Below are positions 7,804 to 16,528 of a stretch of 27,156 nt of DNA, piece after piece (positions within the stretch are counted from its first letter, which is position 1; each line of letters starts with the position of its first letter). The DNA is from a virus (lineage: Duplodnaviria; Caudoviricetes): the IMG/VR virus record IMGVR_UViG_3300037458_001663, positions 1 through 27,156 of that record. One strand, given 5' to 3'. The notes beneath the pieces are model-generated. The model made no database searches and had not been told where the DNA came from. It saw nothing but the letters and a program-made list of their open reading frames with translations. The translations under genes were made by a program, and so were the position numbers.

Positions 7804-9507
7804 ATGGCCCAAGAACTCACCCGCCCGGTGATCGTCGATAGCGCCGTGGGTCACCATCGCCGCTGGCAATACTCCGTCGCCAGTGGGCTGACCCCGGCCC
7901 GCCTGTCCAGCCTGCTGCTCCAGGCCAATGCCGGCTATGCGGTCGAGTATCTGACCCTGGCCGAAGAGATGGAGGAGCGCAGCCCGCACTATGCCGCAGT
8001 GCTCAACACCCGCAAGCGCGCCGTGCTGGGCCTGCCCCGCTCGGTGGAGGCCGCCAGCGATCGCCGCAGGGATGTCAACCTGGCGGAAACGGTAGAAACC
8101 TACCTGGTAAAAACCCCGGCGTTCGGGCAACTGCTGGCCGGTCTGCTGGATGCGCTGGGCAAGGGCTACGCCGCCGTGGAGGTGCGCTGGGATACGCAGC
8201 AGTCCCCGTGGACGCCGCGCCACGGCAAGACCCGGCTAGAGCGCGCCTACACCTGGCGCGATCCGCGCTATTTCCGCTATGCCGACAACGGCCGCGACTT
8301 GCAACTGGCCCCGGAAGGGTTCGGTCTGGGCGCGGTTCAGCCGTTGCCGCCCTACCGATTCATCGTCCACGAACCGGCGATCAAGATGGGCGTGCCGCTG
8401 CGCGCCGGCCTGGCCCGGCTGGCGGCCGTCGCCTATCTGTGCAGTCATTACGTGCTGGAGGACTGGACGGCGTTCGCCGAGGTCTTCGGCATGCCGTTGC
8501 GCCTGGGCCGCTACAGTTCCGCCGCCAGCCCGGAAGATATTGAAGTACTCAAGACGGCGGTCACCGGCCTGGGGTCGGACGCCGCCGCCGTGCTGCACGA
8601 GTCCATGCGCATCGAATTTCAGAATGCCGCGACCGGCGCTGGGGGGGCGGACCTCTACGAACGCCTCGCCGACCGGCTGGACAAGCTGATCAGCAAAGCC
8701 GTCCTGGGCCGCAGCGACGCCGCCGACGCCACCAGCGGGCAACTGGGCGGGCAGGAATGCGCCACGGAAGTGCGGCGCGACATCCTGGAAAGCGACGCGG
8801 AAGAACTGAGTAACACCCTGAACGAGCAGCTCGTGCGCCCGTTCGTCGACCTGAACTACGGCCCGCAAGCCGCCTATCCGATGATCCGGCTGTATGTCCC
8901 CGATCAGGAAGACCTGGCCGGCCTGGCCGACATGCTGGCGAAACTGGTCCCGCTGGGGTTGAAGGTGGAGCAGTCCGTCATCCGCGACAAGTGGGGCCTG
9001 CCCGACCCGGCGGAGGATGCAGAGCTGTTGGGAGTTAAAGCGGGCATTTCGCCGGACATGCCGGAAGAGCTGGAAGAGGAACCGGCGACGAACCGCGCCC
9101 GGAATCGCGTCGCCGGGACGCTGACCCACGACCCCATTGAACCCACCGTCGAACGCCTGGGCCGCGAAGCCGATCCGCTGTTGGACGCCCTGTTGGCGCC
9201 TGTGCGGCAAGCCCTGAACGCCAGCGGCGACCTGATGGACTTCCGTGAAAAACTGCTCACCCTCTATTCTGACCTCGACGGTCGCGCCTTTGCTGCCCTG
9301 ATGGGTCAGGCGCTGGCGGTGGCCGACGCGGCGGGTTACTGGGAGGCCAGTCAGTCGCCGCCGGCCCGCGCGCAAGCCCGCGCGCTGCCTGCGCTGCCCG
9401 ACATGCACCTGACGGTGAACGTCGCGGCACCCGGCCCCACGAAAAAGACCATCCAGCGCACCGCCGATGGGTGCTACGAAGTCCATGAAACCCCGGACGC
9501 CCCATGA
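7804..9507 (+). CDS. Portal protein (Mu gp29 / DUF935) with C-terminal extension
   Basis: LAEEMEE..PHY..VL.TRK.AV, LLDALGKGYA.VE, DW..FAE.FG.PLRLG.Y, ISKAVLG motifs. Confidence 0.94.
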   Translation: MAQELTRPVIVDSAVGHHRRWQYSVASGLTPARLSSLLLQANAGYAVEYLTLAEEMEERSPHYAAVLNTRKRAVLGLPRSVEAASDRRRDVNLAETVETYLVKTPAFGQLLAGLLDALGKGYAAVEVRWDTQQSPWTPRHGKTRLERAYTWRDPRYFRYADNGRDLQLAPEGFGLGAVQPLPPYRFIVHEPAIKMGVPLRAGLARLAAVAYLCSHYVLEDWTAFAEVFGMPLRLGRYSSAASPEDIEVLKTAVTGLGSDAAAVLHESMRIEFQNAATGAGGADLYERLADRLDKLISKAVLGRSDAADATSGQLGGQECATEVRRDILESDAEELSNTLNEQLVRPFVDLNYGPQAAYPMIRLYVPDQEDLAGLADMLAKLVPLGLKVEQSVIRDKWGLPDPAEDAELLGVKAGISPDMPEELEEEPATNRARNRVAGTLTHDPIEPTVERLGREADPLLDALLAPVRQALNASGDLMDFREKLLTLYSDLDGRAFAALMGQALAVADAAGYWEASQSPPARAQARALPALPDMHLTVNVAAPGPTKKTIQRTADGCYEVHETPDAP

Positions 9508-9914
9508 GTAAATCCAACTCCTTTGAAAACGACGTACTGAAAAAGACGTTCAACGACGTGGATTTTTCCTGGCTGCCGCTCGCTGACTTCTATATCGCGC
9601 TGCACACCGACGACCCCGGCGAAGCGGGAACGCAAGACGCCAGCGAATGCGCCTATACCAGCTACGCCCGCGTCGCCGTCTCTCGCGACGCCGACGGCTG
9701 GACCGTCAGCGGCAACCAGGCCAGCAACACTGCCGTGGTGCAATTCCCGACCTGTGCCGGCGGCGAGGAAACGGCGACGCATTTCAGTATCGGTACGGCC
9801 ATCAGCGGGGCCGCGGCCATCGTGTATTCGGGCGAGCTGACCTCCTCCCTGGCGATTTCCAAAAACATCCGCCCGGAATTCGCCGCCGGGGAGCTGACGA
9901 TCAGCGAAGACTGA
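9504..9914 (+). CDS. Virion structural protein (YIALHTDDPG family, usually tail/fibre associated)
   Basis: MSKSNSFEN...FYIALHTDDPGEAG.Q..SE..Y.SYARVAV...FAAGELTI.ED pattern. Confidence 0.75.
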   Translation: MSKSNSFENDVLKKTFNDVDFSWLPLADFYIALHTDDPGEAGTQDASECAYTSYARVAVSRDADGWTVSGNQASNTAVVQFPTCAGGEETATHFSIGTAISGAAAIVYSGELTSSLAISKNIRPEFAAGELTISED

Positions 9915-9917
9915 TCC

Positions 9918-10529
9918 ATGGCCTACACCCCGCCCGTCGGCGAGGCCGCCCTGGCTCTGGCCGGGGACTACACCCCGCCGGTCGGCAGCGTCACGCTCCA
10001 TCTAGGGGACGCCGGGCCGACCGTCGGCGCCCTGTCCGGCGCGGCGATCGGGGGGGGGGCCGCCGAGGCGACCGGGCGCGGCCAAGGCATATTGAACGGT
10101 TCCGCCCTGGGAACGGCGACCGCCCAGGGCGACGGGACCGCCGGCGAAACGGTCACGGTCGGCGCATTAGCCGGATCGTCGGCGGGCAGTAGCACGGCCC
10201 GCGGAACCCTGGCGGACGGAGCGGCTCCGGTGATCATCCCGGCCCTCGGCTGTGGGCGGGCGGGACGACGCCAGGATCGCCGGATACGAGCTTGGCCCCT
10301 CGCGGGGGATAGCGCCGGAACGGCGACGGCCCGCGGGACCCTGACGGGCGCGATCGTTGCCAACCCGATCAGCGGGCAAGCCCTCGGGCGCGCGGCCACG
10401 ACCGCCGACCTCGCGGGCCGCGTCACGCGGGGCGTCCTGGCGGCGCGCAGTATCGGCCGCGCGGTCCCCGTCGCTCACGGGCGGCGCGTGGAAGATGATG
10501 AACTGTTGTTCCTGTTATTGGCGGCCTGA
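9918..10529 (+). CDS. Gly/Ala/Thr-rich putative virion protein
   Basis: Two YTPPVG repeats, low-complexity G/A/T body, C-terminal EDDELLFLLLAA; G10 tract at 10050-10059. Confidence 0.7.
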   Translation: MAYTPPVGEAALALAGDYTPPVGSVTLHLGDAGPTVGALSGAAIGGGAAEATGRGQGILNGSALGTATAQGDGTAGETVTVGALAGSSAGSSTARGTLADGAAPVIIPALGCGRAGRRQDRRIRAWPLAGDSAGTATARGTLTGAIVANPISGQALGRAATTADLAGRVTRGVLAARSIGRAVPVAHGRRVEDDELLFLLLAA

Positions 10530-10555
10530 CGCCCCTCACAATCCCGAGGCTCACC

Positions 10556-11317
10556 ATGATCCTGCATCCAGCCAACACCTATACCGACCTCCTGGAGGCC
10601 GGCGATGGGATGCAAGTTACTCCATCAGGCACCGCCCATGTCATGCTGCGGTTTGACGGTGGGGAGACGGTTAATGAATTGCTGGACTGGCCCAAGCGCT
10701 TTGGCCCGTATGCCCGCGCGGTGGAAATGAGAATTACGGCGTTCGGTGGCGACTGCACGGTAGAGCAAGTGCCCATTGCCGCGCCGCTGCATACCGACGG
10801 ATGGGAAGACTTGCGCTTCCCCGCGCAGGGCATCAACCCGGCCGGCGCGGCGAATGCGCCCAGTGTGGACACCACGTTGACCGGCTATCCGGGCACGCTG
10901 CTGTTCAGCGGCTCGCAGGAGAATGTCATTGCCGGCGTTGCCCAGTTGCCCCATGCCTGGAAACGCGGCTCGGCGATTCGTCCGCACATTCACTGGAGCA
11001 AGCCGGTCGGCAGCGCCAGCGCTGCCACCTGGGTGCTGTACTACCGCCTGCTCGGCTTCGCTGGGGAAGTGCATGGCGCGCTGGTGGGGCCGGTATCGGC
11101 GACCGCGCTGATTGGCGACCCGACGGTCGCTGACACGATGCTGATCACCGCGTTCGGCGAGATCGACCTGACCGGGCAGAAAGAGTCCGTCTGTCTGGCC
11201 TGGCAGATTCGCCGGCTGGGGGATACCGACGCGGATAACGGCACGGCCCGGCTGTTCGAGTTCGATATTCACTACCAGACCGACAAATCAGGCACGGTGA
11301 CGGAGATTCCCGACTAA
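10556..11317 (+). CDS. Hypothetical phage protein (WEDLRFP...QLPHAWK.G..IRPHIHW...EFDIHYQ)
   Basis: GAGG SD, coupled to gpF; beta-rich C-terminal domain with several His. Confidence 0.8.
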   Translation: MILHPANTYTDLLEAGDGMQVTPSGTAHVMLRFDGGETVNELLDWPKRFGPYARAVEMRITAFGGDCTVEQVPIAAPLHTDGWEDLRFPAQGINPAGAANAPSVDTTLTGYPGTLLFSGSQENVIAGVAQLPHAWKRGSAIRPHIHWSKPVGSASAATWVLYYRLLGFAGEVHGALVGPVSATALIGDPTVADTMLITAFGEIDLTGQKESVCLAWQIRRLGDTDADNGTARLFEFDIHYQTDKSGTVTEIPD

Positions 11318-12105
11318 TGGCCGTTGACTACGGCTCGCTCCCCTTCCTGGAGGCGATTGAGTTCTTCCGGAACAAGCTGAACCTGCCCACGCAGCGTTGG
11401 GATGACCTCCTCGGCGCGGCGCATGATCGGGCGTTCGTGGTGGCGGGCGCGATGCAGGCGGATTTGCTGATGGACTTGCGGGCCGCCGTGGATAAAGCCA
11501 TTGCGGAAGGAACCACCCTGGAAACCTTCCGCAAGGACTTCAAGCGGATCGTGGCGGAACGCGGCTGGACGGGATGGACCGGCGAAGGCACGAAGGGAGG
11601 CCGGGCCTGGCGGACGCGGGTGATCTACGAAACCAACGTATTCAGCAGCTACAGCGCCGGGCGCTATCGGCAGATGAAGGAAGTCGCGGCCTCCCGGCCG
11701 TACTGGCGCTATCGCCATTCCGACGCCAGCGTCGTGCCCCGCGCGGAACATGTCGCCTGGGATGGCGTCATCCTGCGCCATGATGACCCGTTCTGGGCCG
11801 CCCACACCCCGCCCAACGGCTGGGGCTGTAAGTGCTATATCGAAACCCTGGCGGAACGCGACCTGAAAAAGGCCGGGCTGAAACCGACCCCGAAAGAGAA
11901 GATTCGCTTCAACGACGAAGACCCGAAAACCGGCCTGCCCCAGGGCGTCGATAAAGGGTGGGACTATCAGCCGGGGGCCAGTGTCGCCGATGAACTGGCG
12001 CAGTTCCAGCGCGCCAAGGTGGATAGCCTGATCGCGCAAGGCGCTGAGGTGCTGGCCAAAGCGATGCTGGCATGGATCGAGAAAATGCTGGCAGGGGAAA
12101 AGTGA
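11317..12105 (+). CDS. Head morphogenesis protein (Mu gpF / SPP1 gp7 family)
   Basis: LPF.EAIEFFR.K, HDRAFVVAG, H.AWDG..L..DDPFW..HTPPNGWGCKC. Confidence 0.94.
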   Translation: MAVDYGSLPFLEAIEFFRNKLNLPTQRWDDLLGAAHDRAFVVAGAMQADLLMDLRAAVDKAIAEGTTLETFRKDFKRIVAERGWTGWTGEGTKGGRAWRTRVIYETNVFSSYSAGRYRQMKEVAASRPYWRYRHSDASVVPRAEHVAWDGVILRHDDPFWAAHTPPNGWGCKCYIETLAERDLKKAGLKPTPKEKIRFNDEDPKTGLPQGVDKGWDYQPGASVADELAQFQRAKVDSLIAQGAEVLAKAMLAWIEKMLAGEK

Positions 12106-12552
12106 ATGGCTGGCGCGTCGCTCGACATCCAACTGTCCATTGCCAACTCCGCCGAGGTCGAAGCGGCGTTCCGCGAGTTGCAAGCCAAGCTCACCGACCT
12201 CACGCCGTTCTTCCAGGACATTGGCGAGGCGCTGCTGAATTCAACGCGGGAGCGTTTCCGCAGCCAGACCGCCCCAGACGGCACGCCATGGGCCGCGCTC
12301 ACCCCCGGCTACCAGTCCCGCAAGAAAAAGAACCAGAATCTGATCCTGACCCTCAACGGCTACCTGCGCGGCACGCTCAACGTCCGGGCTGCCCCGAAAG
12401 AAGTGCGCATCGGCACACCGCTGATCTACGGCGCGACCCACCAGTTCGGCCGCCCGGAGAAAAATATCCCCGCCCGGCCGTTCCTGGGCCTGTCCACCGA
12501 CGACGAAACGATGATCCTGGACGCTTTGAACGACTGGCTGTCCCGCGGTTAA
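12106..12552 (+). CDS. Virion morphogenesis protein (Mu gpG / P2 S family)
   Basis: RF..QTAPDG.PW, GT.LIYGATHQFG, IPARPFLGLS. Confidence 0.93.
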   Translation: MAGASLDIQLSIANSAEVEAAFRELQAKLTDLTPFFQDIGEALLNSTRERFRSQTAPDGTPWAALTPGYQSRKKKNQNLILTLNGYLRGTLNVRAAPKEVRIGTPLIYGATHQFGRPEKNIPARPFLGLSTDDETMILDALNDWLSRG

Positions 12553-12555
12553 TTC

Positions 12556-12603
12556 CTTTTTTTAATTGGTTGAAAAGCACGCGCGCGCGCGATATGCGAC
12601 GCT
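12556..12603 (+). promoter_or_regulatory. Putative Mor/C-activated late promoter 2 (PI-like)
   Basis: Dyad TTTTTA-N6-TGAAAA (12559-12576), CG run, TGC-GACGCT at the same spacing as in promoter 1. Confidence 0.65.
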
Positions 12604-12609
12604 TGCCGC

Positions 12610-13560
12610 ATGAATATTGCCCGCGCCCTGAACCTCGCCCTCGACGGGACCCTCCCGGAGTGGATTCAACTGCTGCCAGCCGGCCCGTCCATCCAGGGCG
12701 CCGATGGCCGCGCCTGGACCCTCGACGACCCCGCCGCCCTGATCAAAGCCTTCCAGCAACGCCGTCAGCCTTTGGTGGTGGACTGGGAGCACGCCAGCGA
12801 ACACCGCGCCCCCCAGGGCCTGGAAGCGCCGGCCGCCGGCTGGGTCGATCAACTGGAGGTCCGCGACGGCGCCCTTTGGGGCCATGTGGACTGGACGCCG
12901 AAAGCCGCGCAACAAATTCAGGCCCGGGAATACCGCTATCTGTCGCCGGTGTTCACCTATCGCAAAGACACCCTCCAGGTCGTGGCGCTCACCAGCGTCG
13001 CCCTGACCAATCAACCAAATCTCGATCTCCAAGCCCTCAATCGGAAGGAAGACCTTATGTCCCTACCTGCTGCTCTCTGCCAGGCGCTCGATCTGCCCGA
13101 GACCGCCGAAGTCGAGCTGGCCGTGGCCCGCGTCCAGACGCTGAATCTGGCGCTAAACACCGCCCAGTCGCTGGCCGCCACGCCGCCGCTGGAGAAGTTC
13201 GTCCCGCGCCCTGATTACGACACCTTGCTGGAGCGCGCCAAGAACGCCGAGCAGAAGCTGGCGGAAGCGATGCAGGCCCAGCACGCCGCCGAGGTCGCCG
13301 CCCTGGTGGAGCGCGGCCTGGCGTCCGGCCAGATCGCGCCGGCAGTGGTGGACTACTACACCGCCATGTGCGGGTACGAAGGCGGTCTGGAAGCGTTCAA
13401 ATCGTTTCTGGAAAAAGCCCCGCCGGTGATCGGTCCGCCGACCGCGCTGAACGCCGCGAAGACTCCCGAAGGCAAAGCGCTCAACCGCGGCGCGTTCAAC
13501 GTTCTCGACCCCGCTGCCCAGCGCGCCTTTTTGGCCCGTGGCGGCGTCGTCACTGACTAA
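12610..13560 (+). CDS. Mu-like prohead protease I
   Basis: WIQLLPAG..DGR.W, VDWEHA, APAAGWV, W..VDWT..A...I..REYRYLSPVF, ALTN.PNL. Confidence 0.94.
   Translation: MNIARALNLALDGTLPEWIQLLPAGPSIQGADGRAWTLDDPAALIKAFQQRRQPLVVDWEHASEHRAPQGLEAPAAGWVDQLEVRDGALWGHVDWTPKAAQQIQAREYRYLSPVFTYRKDTLQVVALTSVALTNQPNLDLQALNRKEDLMSLPAALCQALDLPETAEVELAVARVQTLNLALNTAQSLAATPPLEKFVPRPDYDTLLERAKNAEQKLAEAMQAQHAAEVAALVERGLASGQIAPAVVDYYTAMCGYEGGLEAFKSFLEKAPPVIGPPTALNAAKTPEGKALNRGAFNVLDPAAQRAFLARGGVVTD
13057..13560 (+). CDS. Putative scaffolding protein (Mu Z-like), in-frame internal start in protease gene
   Basis: AAGGAAG SD then ATG 13057 right after the protease domain; helical C-terminal region; mirrors Mu I/Z. 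Confidence 0.65.
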   Translation: MSLPAALCQALDLPETAEVELAVARVQTLNLALNTAQSLAATPPLEKFVPRPDYDTLLERAKNAEQKLAEAMQAQHAAEVAALVERGLASGQIAPAVVDYYTAMCGYEGGLEAFKSFLEKAPPVIGPPTALNAAKTPEGKALNRGAFNVLDPAAQRAFLARGGVVTD

Positions 13561-13574
13561 TTGAAGGAACCCTC

Positions 13575-14735
13575 ATGGCCAATACCCTGACGAACCTCAT
13601 CCCCGACATTTACGCCGCCCTGGACGTGGTGAGCCGTGAGTTGGTCGGGTTCATCCCCGCCGTCGCTCGCGATTCCAGCGCCGACCGCGTGGCGATCAAC
13701 CAGACGCTGCGCATTCCCGTTTCGCCGGCCAACGCCGCCGGGGGCAACATCACCCCGGCCATGTCGCTGCCCAGCGCCGCCGATCAGACGTTTACCAACA
13801 AGACGTTGACGATCAGCAAGCAGCGCTTCTTCCCCTTCTCCTGGAGTGGCGAAGAGGTGGCGGCGATGAATGCCGGCCCGGGCATTCTGACGCTGCGCCA
13901 GAACCAGATTGCCCAGGCGATCCGCGCCGCAGTCAACGAAATGGAAGCCGATATTGCGACCGCCGCCAGCGCCGGGGCCAGCCGCGCCATCGGCACGACC
14001 GCCGGCACCGCGCCGGTCCTGGCCGACTGGGCGGGCGCCAAGAAGATTCTGGACGACAACGGCGCGCCGATGAGCGACCGGACGACGGTCATCAACACGA
14101 CTGCCGGCGTCTCCTTGCGCTCGACGGCCGCCCTGTACCAGGTCAACACGTCCGGCGAGTCCGGGATGTTGCGCCAGGGCACGCTGGGGAACCTGTACGG
14201 CTTCGATATTCGTGAATCCGCTCAGATCATCGCCCCAACCGCTGGGGCCATGTCGAGCGCGAACTCCACTGGGGCGCTGACCGTGGGGCAGACGGTGATT
14301 CCGCTGAAAAACGCGACGGGCACCGGGACGGTATCAGCGGGCGACATCATCACGATCGCGAACGACACCAATAAGTACGTGGTGGCGGCTGCGTCGTTTG
14401 CCGGAGCGAATCCGGCGACCGGCGACACCATCACCCTCGCCGCTCCGGGCGTGCGTGTGGCGCAATCGTCAGCGGATCGGGTCCTGACCGTGTTCGGCAC
14501 CAGCGCCCGCAACTGCGCCTTCTCGCGCAACGCCATCCTGCTGGCGACCCGTCTGCCGAACCTGGATGCGGCCGGTGATCTGGCCAGCGACCGGATGACG
14601 ATCACCGATCCCAACAGCGGCTTGAGCCTGGAAGTCGCCGTCTATCCGGGCTATCGGATGAACGTCTACCACGTCTCCATCTGCTGGGGCGTGAGCGTCA
14701 TCAAGCCCGAGCATCTGGCGATCATCATCGGCTGA
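13575..14735 (+). CDS. Major capsid protein (P22 coat-protein family)
   Basis: MANTLTNLIPD.Y.ALDVVSRELVGFIPAV, LRQG.LG.LYGF.I.ES, WGV..IKPEH; AAGGA SD; central beta-rich insertion. Confidence 0.88.
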   Translation: MANTLTNLIPDIYAALDVVSRELVGFIPAVARDSSADRVAINQTLRIPVSPANAAGGNITPAMSLPSAADQTFTNKTLTISKQRFFPFSWSGEEVAAMNAGPGILTLRQNQIAQAIRAAVNEMEADIATAASAGASRAIGTTAGTAPVLADWAGAKKILDDNGAPMSDRTTVINTTAGVSLRSTAALYQVNTSGESGMLRQGTLGNLYGFDIRESAQIIAPTAGAMSSANSTGALTVGQTVIPLKNATGTGTVSAGDIITIANDTNKYVVAAASFAGANPATGDTITLAAPGVRVAQSSADRVLTVFGTSARNCAFSRNAILLATRLPNLDAAGDLASDRMTITDPNSGLSLEVAVYPGYRMNVYHVSICWGVSVIKPEHLAIIIG

Positions 14736-14737
14736 TC

Positions 14738-15172
14738 ATGACCTACGCCGCCCAGGACGACATTGAAGCGCGCTACCCCGGCGAGCTGGCCCAGGCCGGC
14801 CCCCGGGACGCCGACAACGCCCTGGACGCCGACGCCATTGAACTGGCGTTGGCGGCGGCGGACGCCACCATTGACCGCGCCTTGCGGGCCATCGGCTGGC
14901 CGATGCCCTTTCCGGTGACCGTCGATCCGATCCCGGACTGGGTCATCGCCCTGGCCGTGGACCTCGCGCTGTATCTGGCCACACCGACCGTGCTGGCCAG
15001 CGACGCCGCGTTCAAGGATCGACTCACCCGTTACCAGGCCGCCCTGGACACTCTGAACGCCATTGCCGCCGGACGGATCATTCCCTCGCGCCCGGACGGG
15101 CTGACGGAAGATGCGGTAACGGGCGTTTACAGCACCAGTAACGAGCGTTTATTTGGCCGGGGGATGCTGTGA
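14738..15172 (+). CDS. Head-tail connector (Mu gp36 / DUF1320)
   Basis: MTYA...DI..RY, AL..A...ID, AVDLALY, RY..A...L..IA.G, RLFGR. Confidence 0.85.
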   Translation: MTYAAQDDIEARYPGELAQAGPRDADNALDADAIELALAAADATIDRALRAIGWPMPFPVTVDPIPDWVIALAVDLALYLATPTVLASDAAFKDRLTRYQAALDTLNAIAAGRIIPSRPDGLTEDAVTGVYSTSNERLFGRGML

Positions 15173-15666
15173 CTCCCAGCGCGATTCAGGACGCCATCGT
15201 CGCCGCGCTGACCGCTCGCTACAACTGGCCGGCGCAACCCAGCGCCGTTCCGCCAGTGCTGCCTCCCGCGAACCCCATCACCGTGGAGCCGCGCGGCGGA
15301 GCGTTCACCGAGCGCGAGCTGCCCCGGCTGCTCAGCAAAGCGCCGTCGTTGTGGGTCGCTTGCACCCGGCTGAGTGGCCTGCGCGTTTATCGCCCGGCCC
15401 GCAACTGGGAAGCGACGCTGGACTGGTCGCTGCTGTTGCTCACCAAGGATTCCAGCGCCGTGGATCGTGAGGATCAGGCGCTCGACACTGTTTTTGACTT
15501 ACTCACCTGGTTGCCCCACCAGAACTGGGGATTCCCCGGCGCGCAACTGCCGGCGGAAGACACGCTGGACGCCACGAACCTGTACACCGGCACGGTCGAT
15601 CTGCTGGGCGTCGCGATCTGGGGCGTCACCTGGCGACAAACTTTTGAAACCCTTTCGCAGTTCTGA
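15169..15666 (+). CDS. Tail terminator-like protein (Mu gp37-like)
   Basis: GTG start coupled to gp36; GG.F...EL, NLY.G..D..GVAIWGVTW.Q. Confidence 0.75.
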   Translation: MTPSAIQDAIVAALTARYNWPAQPSAVPPVLPPANPITVEPRGGAFTERELPRLLSKAPSLWVACTRLSGLRVYRPARNWEATLDWSLLLLTKDSSAVDREDQALDTVFDLLTWLPHQNWGFPGAQLPAEDTLDATNLYTGTVDLLGVAIWGVTWRQTFETLSQF

Positions 15667-15682
15667 TTGAAGGAGACGCCTC

Positions 15683-16447
15683 ATGGCTTACGATCATCGC
15701 CCGATGTATGTGCAGTGCCGCCTGAACCATGGCCTGTATGTGGGGGACGTGGCGCCCACCACGTTTCTCGGTCCGGTCAACATCACCAAACTGGAACTGA
15801 ACAGCATCACCCAGGAACAGGAACGCCTGATCAGCAATATGGAGGGGTCCTGGGGCGAAGCGCTGGCCTCGGTCTCCAAGCCCACCGATCCGGGCACGAT
15901 GGTGATGGAGTTCAACTCAATGCCCACCGAATTGTTGTCGCTGGTGATTGGCGCGGATGTGACGGCGCTCACGCAGACCGCCGACACGATCACCGATGAG
16001 GTCATTACCACGGTGTTGCATACCTGGGTGCCGCTGGCCAGCAAGTTCCTGGATTCGTCCGTCCCGCTGGTGCTGGAAACCGATGGAACCCCGGACATAG
16101 CCATTGCCACCACCAAGTACGAGGTGGATTACAACGCCGGGCTGATTCGCGCGCTGCATGCGGACGCGGTCGGCGTCGCCAAGCTGGCGACCTACAAGAA
16201 GTTGCTTATTACCGCCGGTGAATCGTATGCCGCCGGTAAAGCCAAATCCGCGTACATCATGTTGTACGGTACGGCCATTGAGAAGGTGACTGGCAATGCC
16301 GGGCTGCTGACCGTCTACAAGGCGTCCGTCAGTCCCTCCAGCGCCTATGACTGGGTGAAGGGCGGCTTCGCGACCGGGTCATTGACCGGCGACTTAATCA
16401 CCCCGCCCGGATACAGCTCGCCGTACCTGTTCGAGTACAACCCGTAA
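15683..16447 (+). CDS. Major tail tube protein (non-contractile)
   Basis: Strong AAGGAG SD; position after terminator gene; YEVDYNAGLI insertion, final G.L.TP.G..SPY motif; no sheath gene present. Confidence 0.75.
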   Translation: MAYDHRPMYVQCRLNHGLYVGDVAPTTFLGPVNITKLELNSITQEQERLISNMEGSWGEALASVSKPTDPGTMVMEFNSMPTELLSLVIGADVTALTQTADTITDEVITTVLHTWVPLASKFLDSSVPLVLETDGTPDIAIATTKYEVDYNAGLIRALHADAVGVAKLATYKKLLITAGESYAAGKAKSAYIMLYGTAIEKVTGNAGLLTVYKASVSPSSAYDWVKGGFATGSLTGDLITPPGYSSPYLFEYNP

Positions 16448-16479
16448 TTTTGGCCTGGCGCTCAGCCAGCCCCTGGGTT

Positions 16480-16510
16480 GAGCGGGTCTTCCCGGCCCGC
16501 TCCTTTTTCT
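16480..16510 (+). terminator. Intrinsic terminator-like hairpin with competing upstream hairpin
   Basis: GAGCGGGTC-ttccc-GGCCCGCTC followed by CTTTTTCT. Confidence 0.6.
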
Positions 16511-16528
16511 CAACTGTGGAGAGACATC

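Noticed and set aside
8236-9486. 416-aa minus-strand ORF (also 7297..8223 and 11314..12183)
   Set aside because: Antisense shadows of well-supported high-GC genes, with no motifs
12072-13214. 380-aa plus-strand alternative-frame ORF
   Set aside because: Arg/Pro-rich off-frame read overlapping gpG and protease I
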